A DNA stretch of 64,000 bases from Phycisphaeraceae bacterium (lineage in GTDB: Bacteria > Planctomycetota > Phycisphaerae > Phycisphaerales > Zrk34), in the NCBI GenBank assembly GCA_040905565.1, contig JBBDRF010000005.1, positions 96,001 through 160,000 of the forward strand, written 5' to 3'. Below the pieces are notes generated by a model. That model was given only the letters and a program-made list of their open reading frames with translations. It was not told the DNA's origin and searched no databases. A program made the translations under genes and the position numbers. Position 1 is the stretch's first letter. The number at the start of each line of letters is the position of its first letter. This document shows, in pieces, positions 9,272 to 18,988 of the stretch.

Positions 9272-10870
9272 TCAGTCCATCGCGGGGATGTCGAGGTCTT
9301 TGACTTTTTTGTTGAGCGTATTGCGGTTGATGCCGAGAAAATCCGCTGAGCGCGTTTTGACGCCGCCCTCGCGTTCGAGTGTCTGGATGATCAGCTGCCG
9401 CTCGATTTCGCCGATCACGAGTTCCCAAACTTCGCCCTCGCGCATGCCGTACTCTTCGATCGCCTGCTCGCTGAGTCGGCGTGCCAGCGATTCAATCGTC
9501 TCCGCGCGTTGCCTGTCACGGCCCTGCTGGGCGAACATGCGAATCTGCATCGGCAGCACGTCTTCGCTGAACTCATCAGACTGGCTCAGCACCACCGCCC
9601 GCTCCACCGCGTTCTCAAGCTCACGCACATTGCCCGGCCACGGATACCGCAACAGATTGTTCATAAGCTCCCGGCTGATCTTCCGCAGATTCCGATCGTT
9701 CTCACGGTTATACCGATCGAGAAACGCATCAATCAGCAGCGGAATATCCTCACGCCTCGCGCGCAACGGCGGCAGGTAGATCGTCACCACGTTCAACCGA
9801 TAGTAAAGATCCTCGCGGAAATTCCCCTTGCGAACTTCCTCAGCCAGGTCCAGGTTCGTCGCAGCGATCAGCCGAACGTCGACCTTCACCGTGCGATGAT
9901 CCCCCACGCGTTCGAACTCCCGCTCCTGAAGCACACGCAACAGCTTCACCTGCAACTGCGTGTCCATCGTGCCGATCTCGTCAAGGAAAATCGTCCCGCC
10001 GTCCGCCGCCTCGAACCGCCCGATCTTGTCCCGCACCGCCCCCGTGAAAGCCCCCTTCACATGCCCGAACAGTTCGCTCTCCAGCAGCGTTTCTGAGAGG
10101 GCGCCACAATTGACGCGAACGATAGGCCTGTCCCGCCTCGGCGAGTTGTAATGGATCGCCTTGGCGACAAGCTCCTTGCCCGTCCCGGTCTCGCCGAGCA
10201 CCAGACACGTCGCCCGGCTGGCAGCTACCTGCCCGATCGTCGCAAGCACGTCCATCATCGCCTGACTCGTGCCGATGATCTTATCAAACCGATACTTGGT
10301 GCGGAGGTCTTCACGCAGCCGCTGCGTTTCCGCCAGCCACTGATCCTTCTCCCGCTTGACCAGCTGATTCACATGCAGCGCCTGAGCGATGGTCGCCGCG
10401 ATGATCGTGATAAGCCGAAGGTCAGCAGCAAGGGTCGTCTCGTCTTCATAAGGCCGGGCGACCGAAACGGCCCCGACCGCCGAGTCCGCGATCTTGATGG
10501 GCACGCAAATGAACGACAGGGTCGATTCGTCTTCGTCTGAATCGTACGTGCCGGTGCGGTTGAGGAAGTCCGGTTCGTTGGAGATATCCGCCACCGCCCG
10601 CGGCTCGCCGGTCTGCACCACCTGCCCGGTCACACCCTCGCCGACGTCGTAACGGCCCAGATCGCGCTGCTGCTCCGTGATGCCGATCGCTGCGACGATC
10701 CGCAGCCGATCGATCGCTTCGTCCTTCATAATCAGCGCCGCCCGCCGCACGCCGAGCTCTTTCTCCAGCAGCGTCATCACCTGCCCGAACAGATCCTCCA
10801 GTTCCAACGAACTGCCGAGAATCTGACTGATCTGCTCAAGAATCGATATTTCCTGCTCGTATCTCCGCAT
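9272..10870 (-). CDS. GAF-AAA+-HTH sigma-54-dependent activator (NifA-like architecture)
   Basis: N-terminal [11 protein letters not shown] Walker [32 protein letters not shown], Fis-type HTH (LGINRNTL). Confidence 0.92.
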   Translation of the reverse strand: MRRYEQEISILEQISQILGSSLELEDLFGQVMTLLEKELGVRRAALIMKDEAIDRLRIVAAIGITEQQRDLGRYDVGEGVTGQVVQTGEPRAVADISNEPDFLNRTGTYDSDEDESTLSFICVPIKIADSAVGAVSVARPYEDETTLAADLRLITIIAATIAQALHVNQLVKREKDQWLAETQRLREDLRTKYRFDKIIGTSQAMMDVLATIGQVAASRATCLVLGETGTGKELVAKAIHYNSPRRDRPIVRVNCGALSETLLESELFGHVKGAFTGAVRDKIGRFEAADGGTIFLDEIGTMDTQLQVKLLRVLQEREFERVGDHRTVKVDVRLIAATNLDLAEEVRKGNFREDLYYRLNVVTIYLPPLRARREDIPLLIDAFLDRYNRENDRNLRKISRELMNNLLRYPWPGNVRELENAVERAVVLSQSDEFSEDVLPMQIRMFAQQGRDRQRAETIESLARRLSEQAIEEYGMREGEVWELVIGEIERQLIIQTLEREGGVKTRSADFLGINRNTLNKKVKDLDIPAMD

Positions 10871-10876
10871 GGGTGC

Positions 10877-10905
10877 ATGATATTTACACAGACACGCGAA
10901 GGCAA
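10877..10905 (-). promoter_or_regulatory. Sigma70-type promoter, probably giving a leaderless mRNA
   Basis: Minus strand TTGCCT-N17-TATCAT ending 6 nt before ATG 10870; no SD sequence. Confidence 0.45.
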
Positions 10906-11007
10906 TGCCTATTTGTTGATCGCCGCTCAATTCTAAGTGGACTTCTGGTACTTCCAAAGGGCGTTCAACCTACCACCCTCTGCGGTGATGGTGCTCAACC
11001 TCATCGT

Positions 11008-11030
11008 AACCGGCGGGCAAGCCACCAGTT
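11008..11030. repeat. REP-like palindrome, degenerate copy 1
   Basis: AACCGGCGG-GCAAG-CCACCAGTT; shares CAAGCCACCAGT with copy 2. Confidence 0.6.
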
Positions 11031-11043
11031 GGCTCGCGGGGAC

Positions 11044-11289
11044 TCAAAGCACTGCCGCAAATGATCCTAGAAGGAGGCACAGCCCCAACACCATCATGTT
11101 CATCGTCATTCCCATCCCTAACACGCAACCGGTCTCGTTCGTATACCACATACCGACAACACCAATCAGGAGCCCGCTTGTGCTTGCGAGCATGGCATGC
11201 CACATCGCTTCGTTTGGATACAGCAGCAGTCCAAGAGCTATGCCGAACAGAAGCGACACTAGGATATTCAGAACAGTTCTTGTGTGCAT
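11044..11289 (-). CDS. Small hypothetical membrane protein (about 3 TM)
   Basis: 81 aa, almost entirely hydrophobic, visibly lower GC than flanking genes. Confidence 0.5.
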   Translation of the reverse strand: MHTRTVLNILVSLLFGIALGLLLYPNEAMWHAMLASTSGLLIGVVGMWYTNETGCVLGMGMTMNMMVLGLCLLLGSFAAVL

Positions 11290-11358
11290 CGCAGTTGTTG
11301 CCTGTAGCCAGTGGTGAATAACCTCCGCCCCCTCGGCTTGTCCGGCCTGCGATCAAAG

Positions 11359-11392
11359 CACGGGTGGACAAGCCACCAGTGGCACCCGGCGC
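11359..11392. repeat. REP-like palindrome, full copy 2
   Basis: CACGGGTGG-ACAAG-CCACCAGTG hairpin plus GCACCCGGCGC tail. Confidence 0.75.
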
Positions 11393-11397
11393 TTCGT

Positions 11398-11928
11398 TCA
11401 TTCGTAGTGTCTGAGAATATCAAGACTCTGAAGTTCCGTCTGGATCGGAATGGACAGTTCAGAAATTTCGTTCGGGATATCTCGCAGATCATTGCCGCGC
11501 CTCACGTACTCATGCATCCTAATCGCCTGCTTCTCCTGAATGGCGTACATGTCGTGGGTCCCGTCTTTGCGAATCATAACAAGAACGTTGCTTTGCCTCG
11601 GCAGCACAACTCGTTGCATTCCCCCGGAGTAGGGCACGTCGAAAATCGCTCGACTGTACGACGAATCGAATCGTTTCCAAGATGGGATCATAGCGCCATC
11701 CCTTTCTTCGATGATCACAGCCAGGTTCAGATTCGGATCGACAAGAAGGGTATGCCCATCTTCGGTTGCAGTACGATGCTGAATACGCGAGACAGGGACA
11801 AACAGACCCTGCTTATCGGTTTCCGACCAAAACATCGCCGGTTTGACGAGATCGCTCCAAACGACTGCGATCACCAGCAACAATGCCGCCACCAAGACCG
11901 TCGTAAAGAGTTTGTATTTTCGTCTCAT
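11398..11928 (-). CDS. Hypothetical protein with N-terminal membrane anchor
   Basis: 176-aa ORF with KKYK plus a hydrophobic N-terminus; lower GC. Confidence 0.65.
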   Translation of the reverse strand: MRRKYKLFTTVLVAALLLVIAVVWSDLVKPAMFWSETDKQGLFVPVSRIQHRTATEDGHTLLVDPNLNLAVIIEERDGAMIPSWKRFDSSYSRAIFDVPYSGGMQRVVLPRQSNVLVMIRKDGTHDMYAIQEKQAIRMHEYVRRGNDLRDIPNEISELSIPIQTELQSLDILRHYE

Positions 11929-11957
11929 AGCAAGCCTAGCTTGGAATCATGGAAACT

Positions 11958-11977
11958 CCACCAGTGGCACCCGGCGC
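11958..11977. repeat. REP-like palindrome, half copy 3
   Basis: CCACCAGTGGCACCCGGCGC is identical to 11373-11392. Confidence 0.75.
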
Positions 11978-11978
11978 G

Positions 11979-12200
11979 TTAACCGTCGCGCTCTTGCTGG
12001 TCACTTTCGAGCTGCGGCTCGGCTGAACATCTCCGCCCAGACCAGAGTCCTGCGAGATAGGCGACGGCCGCACTCGCCCCGATGCTCAGCGTCGCAATCC
12101 CGTGCCATCTCGGGTCTGGCGGCGAAGCCAAAGCACCAACCACCACGCTCGCGTAGATCAGAATCGCGATCTTACCGACGGCTAGACACAATCGTTTCAT
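11979..12200 (-). CDS. Small hypothetical 2-TM protein
   Basis: 73 aa, two hydrophobic segments, GAAGGG RBS. Confidence 0.5.
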   Translation of the reverse strand: MKRLCLAVGKIAILIYASVVVGALASPPDPRWHGIATLSIGASAAVAYLAGLWSGRRCSAEPQLESDQQERDG

Positions 12201-12241
12201 CGTTCCCTTCGCCTCAGGCTGTATCGCTGGAGATCACCTTC

Positions 12242-13396
12242 TCACTCCGCGACCTGCAGGGCCGGTTGGTGGCGGTGGAGGAACCAGCGGTCCATGACGA
12301 CGTGGCGGACGAACCAGTGGCGTTTGAGCAGGAATCCCGCGACGGAAGCCTTGAGGCCGCTCGGCGTTCGGTGGGCATTGGGATCGCTTGAGCCGGGCTC
12401 GCCGAAGCGCTTCACCAGCAGACGCCGATATTTCTCCAGCGTCGTCCGCGCCACCCACTCCGGGCCACGCGGCGTCGAAGCGATCAGCTGCGCCGCCATC
12501 AGCGCCGACTCGATCGCCGACCGAATCCCCTCGCCGCTTTGCGGATACGCCAGGCCTGCCGCGTCGCCGATGAGCATTACGCCGTCGTCGACCGTTTGCC
12601 GTTGGGTGTGGCCGTAGAGGATGTACGCATGGCCGTGGAACTTGGTGGGGATGTCGGCAGGCACCCGGCCGGCCCGCTTAAGCGCCTCGGCGAAGTCGGC
12701 GACGTGGTCGGAGAGGCGCTGCGAATCTTCCCGGCCCAGGCCGATGTTCAGGTGATCGCCCTTGCGGAAGCACCAGGCGTAGCCGGCGAGGTCGCTGCAG
12801 AAGTAAAGCTCGGGGACGTGCGCGTCGACCTTGCACGCCGCCTGCTGCTCGGACGTCATGGGGAATTCGATCTCCTGAGCGGCGACGATCAACTCCTTCG
12901 CCGCCCCTCCGCCACTATTCAGCTTCCGGGCCACGGGGCAGAAGTGACCACCTGCGCCGACGAGCAGCGGGGCTTCGTAAGCGTCGTTGATGACCCAGCG
13001 GTCGTCGCGACGTTCGATGCTTTTGACCGCCACGCCGAGCGCCAGTTCTGCGCCGCAGCGGCGGAGCAGGTACTCGTCGAATTCGCACCGTCGAATGCCG
13101 TAGCTGACCGGGTCGTCGTAGTGGCTGGCGACGCCGGGCAGCAGCTGCTTGCCATCGACGCGGCCGACGTAGAAGCCGGTGATCGGCTGCAGGACGCGGC
13201 CGTCTTTGGCGTAGTCGTCGAGATCGACCTTGAGCGCTTCGAAGACGGGAGGGGTGACCCAGCCGGCGCAGATTTTGTCGCGCGGGAAATCTTTTTTGTC
13301 GAGGATGACGACATCGAGCCCAGCCTGTCGCAGTTGCCATGCGAACGAGGAGCCCGCGGGGCCGCCGCCTACTACCAGCACATCACATTGGCGCAC
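12242..13396 (-). CDS. Geranylgeranyl-reductase-family FAD oxidoreductase (TmpA-like)
   Basis: VGGGPAGS, FPRDKICAG, RRCEFD, IGDAAGLAYPQSGEGI; overlaps the stop of the cfa-like gene. Confidence 0.85.
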   Translation of the reverse strand: MRQCDVLVVGGGPAGSSFAWQLRQAGLDVVILDKKDFPRDKICAGWVTPPVFEALKVDLDDYAKDGRVLQPITGFYVGRVDGKQLLPGVASHYDDPVSYGIRRCEFDEYLLRRCGAELALGVAVKSIERRDDRWVINDAYEAPLLVGAGGHFCPVARKLNSGGGAAKELIVAAQEIEFPMTSEQQAACKVDAHVPELYFCSDLAGYAWCFRKGDHLNIGLGREDSQRLSDHVADFAEALKRAGRVPADIPTKFHGHAYILYGHTQRQTVDDGVMLIGDAAGLAYPQSGEGIRSAIESALMAAQLIASTPRGPEWVARTTLEKYRRLLVKRFGEPGSSDPNAHRTPSGLKASVAGFLLKRHWFVRHVVMDRWFLHRHQPALQVAE

Positions 13397-14669
13397 GTTC
13401 GCTCCGATCGGTCGACTGATAAAGATGCTCGCGCGTGGCGGGGACCGAGTTGTCGTTGTAACGGGAGAAAACCACCTGATAAAGGTGCATCAGCCCGGAT
13501 TCGAACGCCTCTGCCGAACCCACCAGATACAGCCGCCACATGCGCACGAAGCGTTCGTCGAACATGCTTCGGACGGTGTCGACGTTGGCTTCGTAGCGGT
13601 TGAGCCATTCCACGAGCGTCCGCTCATAGTGCAGGCGGAGGTTTTCGACATCGAGCACGACCATGTGGTAGGGCTCCAAAATATCCATCATCTGCCTGAG
13701 CGTGGGCGGGCAGGCGCCGGGGAAGATGTGGCGATCGATCCAGGCGTTCATCCGCAGGGGCCGGTGGCGTGCGATGGTGTGGATGAGCCCTCGGCCGCCG
13801 GGCTTGAGGGTCCGATCGATCACCTCACCCAAGGCTGCGTAGTTGTTCGGCCCGACATGCTCGAGCATGCCGACCGAGACGAACGCGTCACACGCTCCGA
13901 CGATGTTGCGGTAATCGTCCTGGACAAACTCGACACGGTCGGCGAGGTTCCGCCGCTCTGCTTCTTCACGGGCGTAGGCGATCTGCTCGGTGGAGATGTT
14001 ATACGCTCTGACGTTGACGCCGAAGTGCTCAGCCATGTGCATCGCGAGGGCGCCCCAGCCGCAGCCGGCTTCAACGACCTGCTGCCCGGGCTGCAGTTGA
14101 AGCTTGCGGCAGACGTGGTCGAGCTTCGCCAGCTGCGCCTGTTCGAGCGTCATGTCCGGCTCGGCGTAATACGCGCAGGTGTAGAGCATGCGCTCATCGA
14201 GCCAGAGGCGATAGAAGTCGTTGCCGATGTCGTAGTGATGGTGGATGTTCTTCTGCGAACCGGCGAGGGTATTGCGGCCCTTCTGCAGTTGAACGGTGAG
14301 CCGATCCCTCAGGCCCATCGTCGCTCCGCTGGCGCGATAGCCCATGCGGACGACCTCCCGCAGGTCACCTTCGATCTGCACCGAGCCGTCTGCGTAGCCG
14401 TCCCCGAAGTAACGCTGTGGGTCGAGGATTGTTTTGAGCAGCGCCGCGCGTGTGGTAAACCGCACCGTCACCACAGGCGGCTCGCTGGAGCCGGTGACGG
14501 CCTGGCCGTTCCACAACACGAGCCTGAGGGGAGGTGAGCCGAGCCACTTGAGGAACCACTGCATCAGGGCTCGCTCAAATTCGTACATCCGCCCGGGACC
14601 GCCCCCACCATCGCCGCCGCTTCGCGAGGACGGCTGTGTTTGCACCGTTCGTGCTGATTCTTCCCGCAT
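13383..14669 (-). CDS. cfa: Cyclopropane-fatty-acyl-phospholipid synthase family SAM methyltransferase (TmpB-like)
   Basis: NIHHHYDIGNDFY, YTCAY, EAGCGWG, SVGMLEHVG, HIFPG, HYERTL, MWRLYL. Confidence 0.88.
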   Translation of the reverse strand: MREESARTVQTQPSSRSGGDGGGGPGRMYEFERALMQWFLKWLGSPPLRLVLWNGQAVTGSSEPPVVTVRFTTRAALLKTILDPQRYFGDGYADGSVQIEGDLREVVRMGYRASGATMGLRDRLTVQLQKGRNTLAGSQKNIHHHYDIGNDFYRLWLDERMLYTCAYYAEPDMTLEQAQLAKLDHVCRKLQLQPGQQVVEAGCGWGALAMHMAEHFGVNVRAYNISTEQIAYAREEAERRNLADRVEFVQDDYRNIVGACDAFVSVGMLEHVGPNNYAALGEVIDRTLKPGGRGLIHTIARHRPLRMNAWIDRHIFPGACPPTLRQMMDILEPYHMVVLDVENLRLHYERTLVEWLNRYEANVDTVRSMFDERFVRMWRLYLVGSAEAFESGLMHLYQVVFSRYNDNSVPATREHLYQSTDRSERAPM

Positions 14670-14801
14670 TGTGCTCGTCCTCACCCTGGACAGACAGAAA
14701 CCCCTCGAGCACCGGCGAGCATTTCAAGCTCGCCGTGTTAAGCCGTTATCGTAACTCACCTGACTATAACTATCCAAGTACTTTGAGTATTCCATCACGG
14801 T

Positions 14802-15293
14802 TCAATCGATCGTGATGCTTACGCGAAGCAGGCGATCCGGTGGATACTGGTAGATATCCTGGAAGATGTCGCGGCAAAGCTGCGCTGCGGCTTGGGCATC
14901 GCGATTGAATTGCAGTTGGAACGTGCTGGGTTGATCCTTGCCGTCATCGCCCAGTTGCAATTCCGTGGCTCCGCGAGGCTGGAGGAGACGGCGGGCGCGT
15001 TCGGTTTCGTCGGTCGTGAGCGTGTGGGTGGGAAGGTCCAATAGAAGTCCCTCCGTCCGCGAGCCGGCGAACTGCACAAACTTCTGCGTCTCTGGATGCT
15101 CAATCACGATGAAGGCGCCGGGCGGCTGGTCGAGCAGGGTCTGCAGCATCGCGGTGAATTGTGACTGATCTCCTACTTTCACCATCGCCTCCATGGGCGT
15201 GGCCTGTGTCACGGGCGAAGCGCTTTCGACGCATCCGGTGAGGCCGAGAGCGGCAAAGACTAGCAGAATGGGCTGGGCGAGGTTGCGCAGCAT
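14802..15293 (-). CDS. Hypothetical lipoprotein
   Basis: Lipobox LTGC, AGGAGG RBS, globular body (FIVIEHPETQKFVQFA). Confidence 0.7.
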   Translation of the reverse strand: MLRNLAQPILLVFAALGLTGCVESASPVTQATPMEAMVKVGDQSQFTAMLQTLLDQPPGAFIVIEHPETQKFVQFAGSRTEGLLLDLPTHTLTTDETERARRLLQPRGATELQLGDDGKDQPSTFQLQFNRDAQAAAQLCRDIFQDIYQYPPDRLLRVSITID

Positions 15294-15328
15294 CTAAGTC
15301 CTCCTGACGTGCGGGCTACCGATCATCA

Positions 15329-16264
15329 TTATGCGCCGCGAAGCAGCGACAGCAACTGGGGCAGTTCGGTGATGATCGCGTCGGGCTTAACGCCCACGAG
15401 GGCTGCGTCATTGTCCCGCATGCGAAGCGACCGCTTATCCCCTGCGAACAGTGCGGTGCGGAAGCCCACCTGCGACGCAGGCCAGATGTCATTACGCCGG
15501 TCGTTTCCGACGTAGAGCACCTGCGATGGCTGGATGCTGTGTGTGCGGAGCGTCTGCGCGATCGGCTCGTAAAGCTGGGTTGAAGGCTTGGCTTCAAGAA
15601 GCTGATAGGACCAGTTGCACAGGGCGGGGTCGAATCCGAACGCTTCCGGGCTGCGGCGCAGCAACGCGTCGAACAGCAACGGCGTGATGAACTGCGCATT
15701 GCTGACAATGCCAAGCATCAGGTCACCCAGCGCCACCCACTGCTGCAGTTCATCAAGCACGTCCGCCAGGTGCGGCATGGGCCAGACGGGATTCACGCGA
15801 CATTCGTACTCCACCGCCAACGGCTCGATCTTCCGGCGCACGACCTCCGCATCAGGCGCGAGCATGCCTTCGTCGGCGAGGCGATCGAAAACACGACGCC
15901 AGATCTCGCGGATGTCGACCTCCGGCCGTTCCACGCCCTCGGCCTGCCGCTGTTCGTGTGACTCGGTGATGGTGAGATGCAGCAGTTCGATGCCGCGCTC
16001 GGCCAATTCGTCGCTGCTCGATAATCCGACGGCATGCATCGCCTCGGCCAGGGCCGCTGTGGAATCGGTGGCGGCATGGGTGCCGACGTCGCCGCTGCCG
16101 GAGATGAAAAGCGTGCCGTAGATGTCGAAAAGAACCGCCCGAATCTCCCCCAGCCGCGGCAGGTGCGGTTCAACGCCGGTGGCCAACGGCTCCATGGGCA
16201 TGCTGAGTTTGCGGATCCGCCCCACTAGCCCGTCGGGCTCGCCTTCAGTGATTTCGATCGGCAT
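15329..16264 (-). CDS. HAD-superfamily hydrolase
   Basis: FDIYGTL motif I, VSN motif II, KP motif III, VGNDRRND motif IV. Confidence 0.88.
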   Translation of the reverse strand: MPIEITEGEPDGLVGRIRKLSMPMEPLATGVEPHLPRLGEIRAVLFDIYGTLFISGSGDVGTHAATDSTAALAEAMHAVGLSSSDELAERGIELLHLTITESHEQRQAEGVERPEVDIREIWRRVFDRLADEGMLAPDAEVVRRKIEPLAVEYECRVNPVWPMPHLADVLDELQQWVALGDLMLGIVSNAQFITPLLFDALLRRSPEAFGFDPALCNWSYQLLEAKPSTQLYEPIAQTLRTHSIQPSQVLYVGNDRRNDIWPASQVGFRTALFAGDKRSLRMRDNDAALVGVKPDAIITELPQLLSLLRGA

Positions 16265-16324
16265 ACGGCCTCACCCCTGCCCCCCGTTTCTTCCCCTGGA
16301 TCGTCGCCTGCTGCTCAGCCGCGC

Positions 16325-16825
16325 TCAGCCCATGGGCGGTTCGCCGCCGGCTGCGTCGTGGAGCTGTTCTTCGGTGACTAGGCGGAATCCCTTACGGCCG
16401 AGAATCTGCCCCGCCAGCACCAGATCATCACAGTGCAGGGCGATCGTCGCAGCCCCGTGCGGACGCACCACCAGGGGATAGGCGTAATAAATGTTCAGCT
16501 CAGCCGCCAGCAGCGAGATGCACAGCCGGGCCAGTCTTTGATCCTGCCCCAGTTCCACGACGAGAATTTCCGACTCGCCGTAGGGCAGGCGGTGGTCCTT
16601 GAGCAGGCGACGGGCCATATCGCTGCGCGAGGTGACCAGCCTGACGACGGCGTAGTCGGATGAATCGGCCACGCTGATGGCGACAATCCGCAACGGCTGG
16701 CCGTCAAATATCTCGACGAGTTCAAGCAGTTTCCCCACGCGGTTGTCGAGAAAAACGCTGAACTGCGTGCACATCGGCGGCGTGTGGCCGTACTCGGTAA
16801 GAAAATCAATCGGAGCTTGCGACAT
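16325..16825 (-). CDS. Tandem ACT-domain protein
   Basis: QFSVFLDNRVGKL...NIYYAYPL. Confidence 0.8.
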   Translation of the reverse strand: MSQAPIDFLTEYGHTPPMCTQFSVFLDNRVGKLLELVEIFDGQPLRIVAISVADSSDYAVVRLVTSRSDMARRLLKDHRLPYGESEILVVELGQDQRLARLCISLLAAELNIYYAYPLVVRPHGAATIALHCDDLVLAGQILGRKGFRLVTEEQLHDAAGGEPPMG

Positions 16826-17016
16826 CGGACCGTATCCTGAAAAGGCTTTCGAAACATCTTAGCCGGTCGGGGTGGGCAGTGTATATCCAACGTTCAAACA
16901 AGTTTCAATACGCCATCCCTGTTCCGAGCGAGCAAGCGGCTCAAGCGGTGGCGCCCGCACACTCAGCGTCGGGCAATCTCATCGTAGTCGTGAAATCGGG
17001 AGCCGTATGAAAAACA

Positions 17017-18771
17017 TCAGCTGCGGACGAAGGCGGCCGCGCGGGCGACGACCTGATCGACCGGCACCATCTCCGGCTTCGCCTCGGCGCGCGGTTTGAA
17101 CTCGACGTTACCGTCCGCCAGGCCCTTGTCGCCGACTGTAACGCGAAGCGGGATGCCGACGAGGTCCGCGTCCTTGAACTTCACGCCCGGCCGTTCGTCG
17201 CGGTCGTCCAGCAGCACCTCAAGGCCGGCCTCGCGAAGCTGCTGGTAAAGCCGGTCGGCGGCGACCTTCATCTCGCCTTCGTACTTGATGGGCGTGATGA
17301 GCACGTGGTACGGCGCGATGGCGGCGGGCCAGATGATGCCGCCTTCGTCGTGCCCGGCCTCGGCCTCGATGGCCGCTGCGATGATGCGATTCACGCCGAT
17401 GCCGTAGCAGCCCATGATGGGGTGACGCTCGTTCTGATTTTCATCGGTGACGGTGAGGTTCAACGCCTCGGCGTACTTGGAGCCGAGCTTGAAGACGTGG
17501 CCGACTTCGATGCCCTTCGCCTCCTGCAGCACGCCGCCGTCGTTCTTCGGCGAAGGATCGCCGGCTTGGGCGTTGCGGATGTCGGCGACCTTCAGCCGTG
17601 ACGGGTCGACCTTGCTGAGGACATCCCGCTGCCAATTGAAGTGCTTGATGTGATGGTCCGCTTCGTTCGCGCCGGTCACCCAGAAGCCGGGCTGCGCGGC
17701 GTCGGGATCGACGATCAGCGTGAGATCGTCACGTTCTGCTGCGACCTGAGGGCCGACGAAACCGATGGCGAAATTCGCTTCACGGGCAGCGGCGTCTTCG
17801 GCCAGCGCCACGTCGCCGCCGACGGCGTCGCGCAGCTTGGCTTCGTTGAGATCGTGATCGCCTCTTACGACAGCGACGACCCAGCGGCCGTCCTCCTGGC
17901 GACACACCAGCGTTTTGAGCATGTTCGCGGGCTTGAGTTTCGTCTTCAGTTCCTTCTTGAAGAAGGCGATGACGTCGTCAATGCCGGGCGTGTTCGGGGT
18001 GTGGATTTTTTCGAGTTCACCGGTGGGGTCGCCGGTGAGGTCGTGGGGGCGTTCGCCGGTTTCGCACTTCTCCACATTCGCGGCGTAGTTGCCTTTGTCG
18101 CTGGAAAGGATGGTGTCTTCGCCGGTGGGCGAGGGGATCATGAACTCGTGGCTGGCGCTGCCGCCGATGGGGCCTGACTCGGCTTCGACGGTGACGTAGT
18201 GCAGGCCGCAACGCTCGAAGATGCGGCAGTAGGCGTTGAACATCGCGTCGTAAGAAACGTCGAGGCCGTCGGCGGTGAGATCGAAGGAGTAGGCGTCCTT
18301 CATCTGGAACTCGCGGGAGCGGAGGATGCCGAAGCGCGGGCGGAATTCGTCGCGAAACTTCGTCTGGATCTGGTAGACGGTCAACGGCAGATCGCGATAG
18401 GAATGCACCGAACGTTTGATGAGATCGGTGACGACTTCCTCGTGCGTCGGGCCGAGCGCGAGTTCGCGACCGTGACGATCCTTCACGACGAACAGATTTT
18501 CCCCGTAGGCCTCGCGGCGGCCGGTCTGTTCCCATAGCTCAACGGGCTGGAGGGAGGGCATGAACAGTTCGACGCCGCCTGCTTCGTCCATCTCTTCGCG
18601 GACGATCTGCATGACCTTCCGCAGGACGCGATAGCCCAGCGGAAGGTAGGTGTACGAGCCCGAGGCGACCTGCTGAATGAGGCCGGCGCGGAGCATCAGC
18701 CGGTGGCTGGGAACGATGGCTTCGGTGGGCACCTGGCGAAGCGTGCGGATGAGGGTGCGCGTCCAACGCAT
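17017..18771 (-). CDS. proS: Proline--tRNA ligase (bacterial type with editing insertion)
   Basis: SHRLMLRAGLI, GPTHEE, KFRDEFRPRFGILRSREF, GIEVGHVFKLG, MGCYGIG, PGVKFKDADLVG. Confidence 0.97.
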   Translation of the reverse strand: MRWTRTLIRTLRQVPTEAIVPSHRLMLRAGLIQQVASGSYTYLPLGYRVLRKVMQIVREEMDEAGGVELFMPSLQPVELWEQTGRREAYGENLFVVKDRHGRELALGPTHEEVVTDLIKRSVHSYRDLPLTVYQIQTKFRDEFRPRFGILRSREFQMKDAYSFDLTADGLDVSYDAMFNAYCRIFERCGLHYVTVEAESGPIGGSASHEFMIPSPTGEDTILSSDKGNYAANVEKCETGERPHDLTGDPTGELEKIHTPNTPGIDDVIAFFKKELKTKLKPANMLKTLVCRQEDGRWVVAVVRGDHDLNEAKLRDAVGGDVALAEDAAAREANFAIGFVGPQVAAERDDLTLIVDPDAAQPGFWVTGANEADHHIKHFNWQRDVLSKVDPSRLKVADIRNAQAGDPSPKNDGGVLQEAKGIEVGHVFKLGSKYAEALNLTVTDENQNERHPIMGCYGIGVNRIIAAAIEAEAGHDEGGIIWPAAIAPYHVLITPIKYEGEMKVAADRLYQQLREAGLEVLLDDRDERPGVKFKDADLVGIPLRVTVGDKGLADGNVEFKPRAEAKPEMVPVDQVVARAAAFVRS

Positions 18772-18988
18772 AGGCGGAAGATCCTTTGTAGATGAAGCGG
18801 TCATCGTATCGGTAGATCTGCCGTAAGCCAAGATGGGGCGGTTTGCGTTGATCGGGAAGTTGTTGCGACGAGGGCGGGAGGTGTGCGGGTTTGCCGGACC
18901 ACAATCACAGGGTTGCGCGTGGGCCGATGCCGCTGTCGCATCGCTAGCGTGAAGTGGAACACCCACCGTTTTACATGGAGAGACAGCA

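Noticed and set aside
9272..10870. Nitrogen-fixation regulator nifA
   Set aside because: The architecture matches but no nif genes are present; GAF-AAA-HTH activators are widespread.
11008..11982. CRISPR array or canonical integron attC sites
   Set aside because: Spacing is gene-sized and irregular, no cas or intI is present, and the repeats lack proper RYYYAAC/GTTRRRY ends. Kept only as a REP-like cassette hypothesis.
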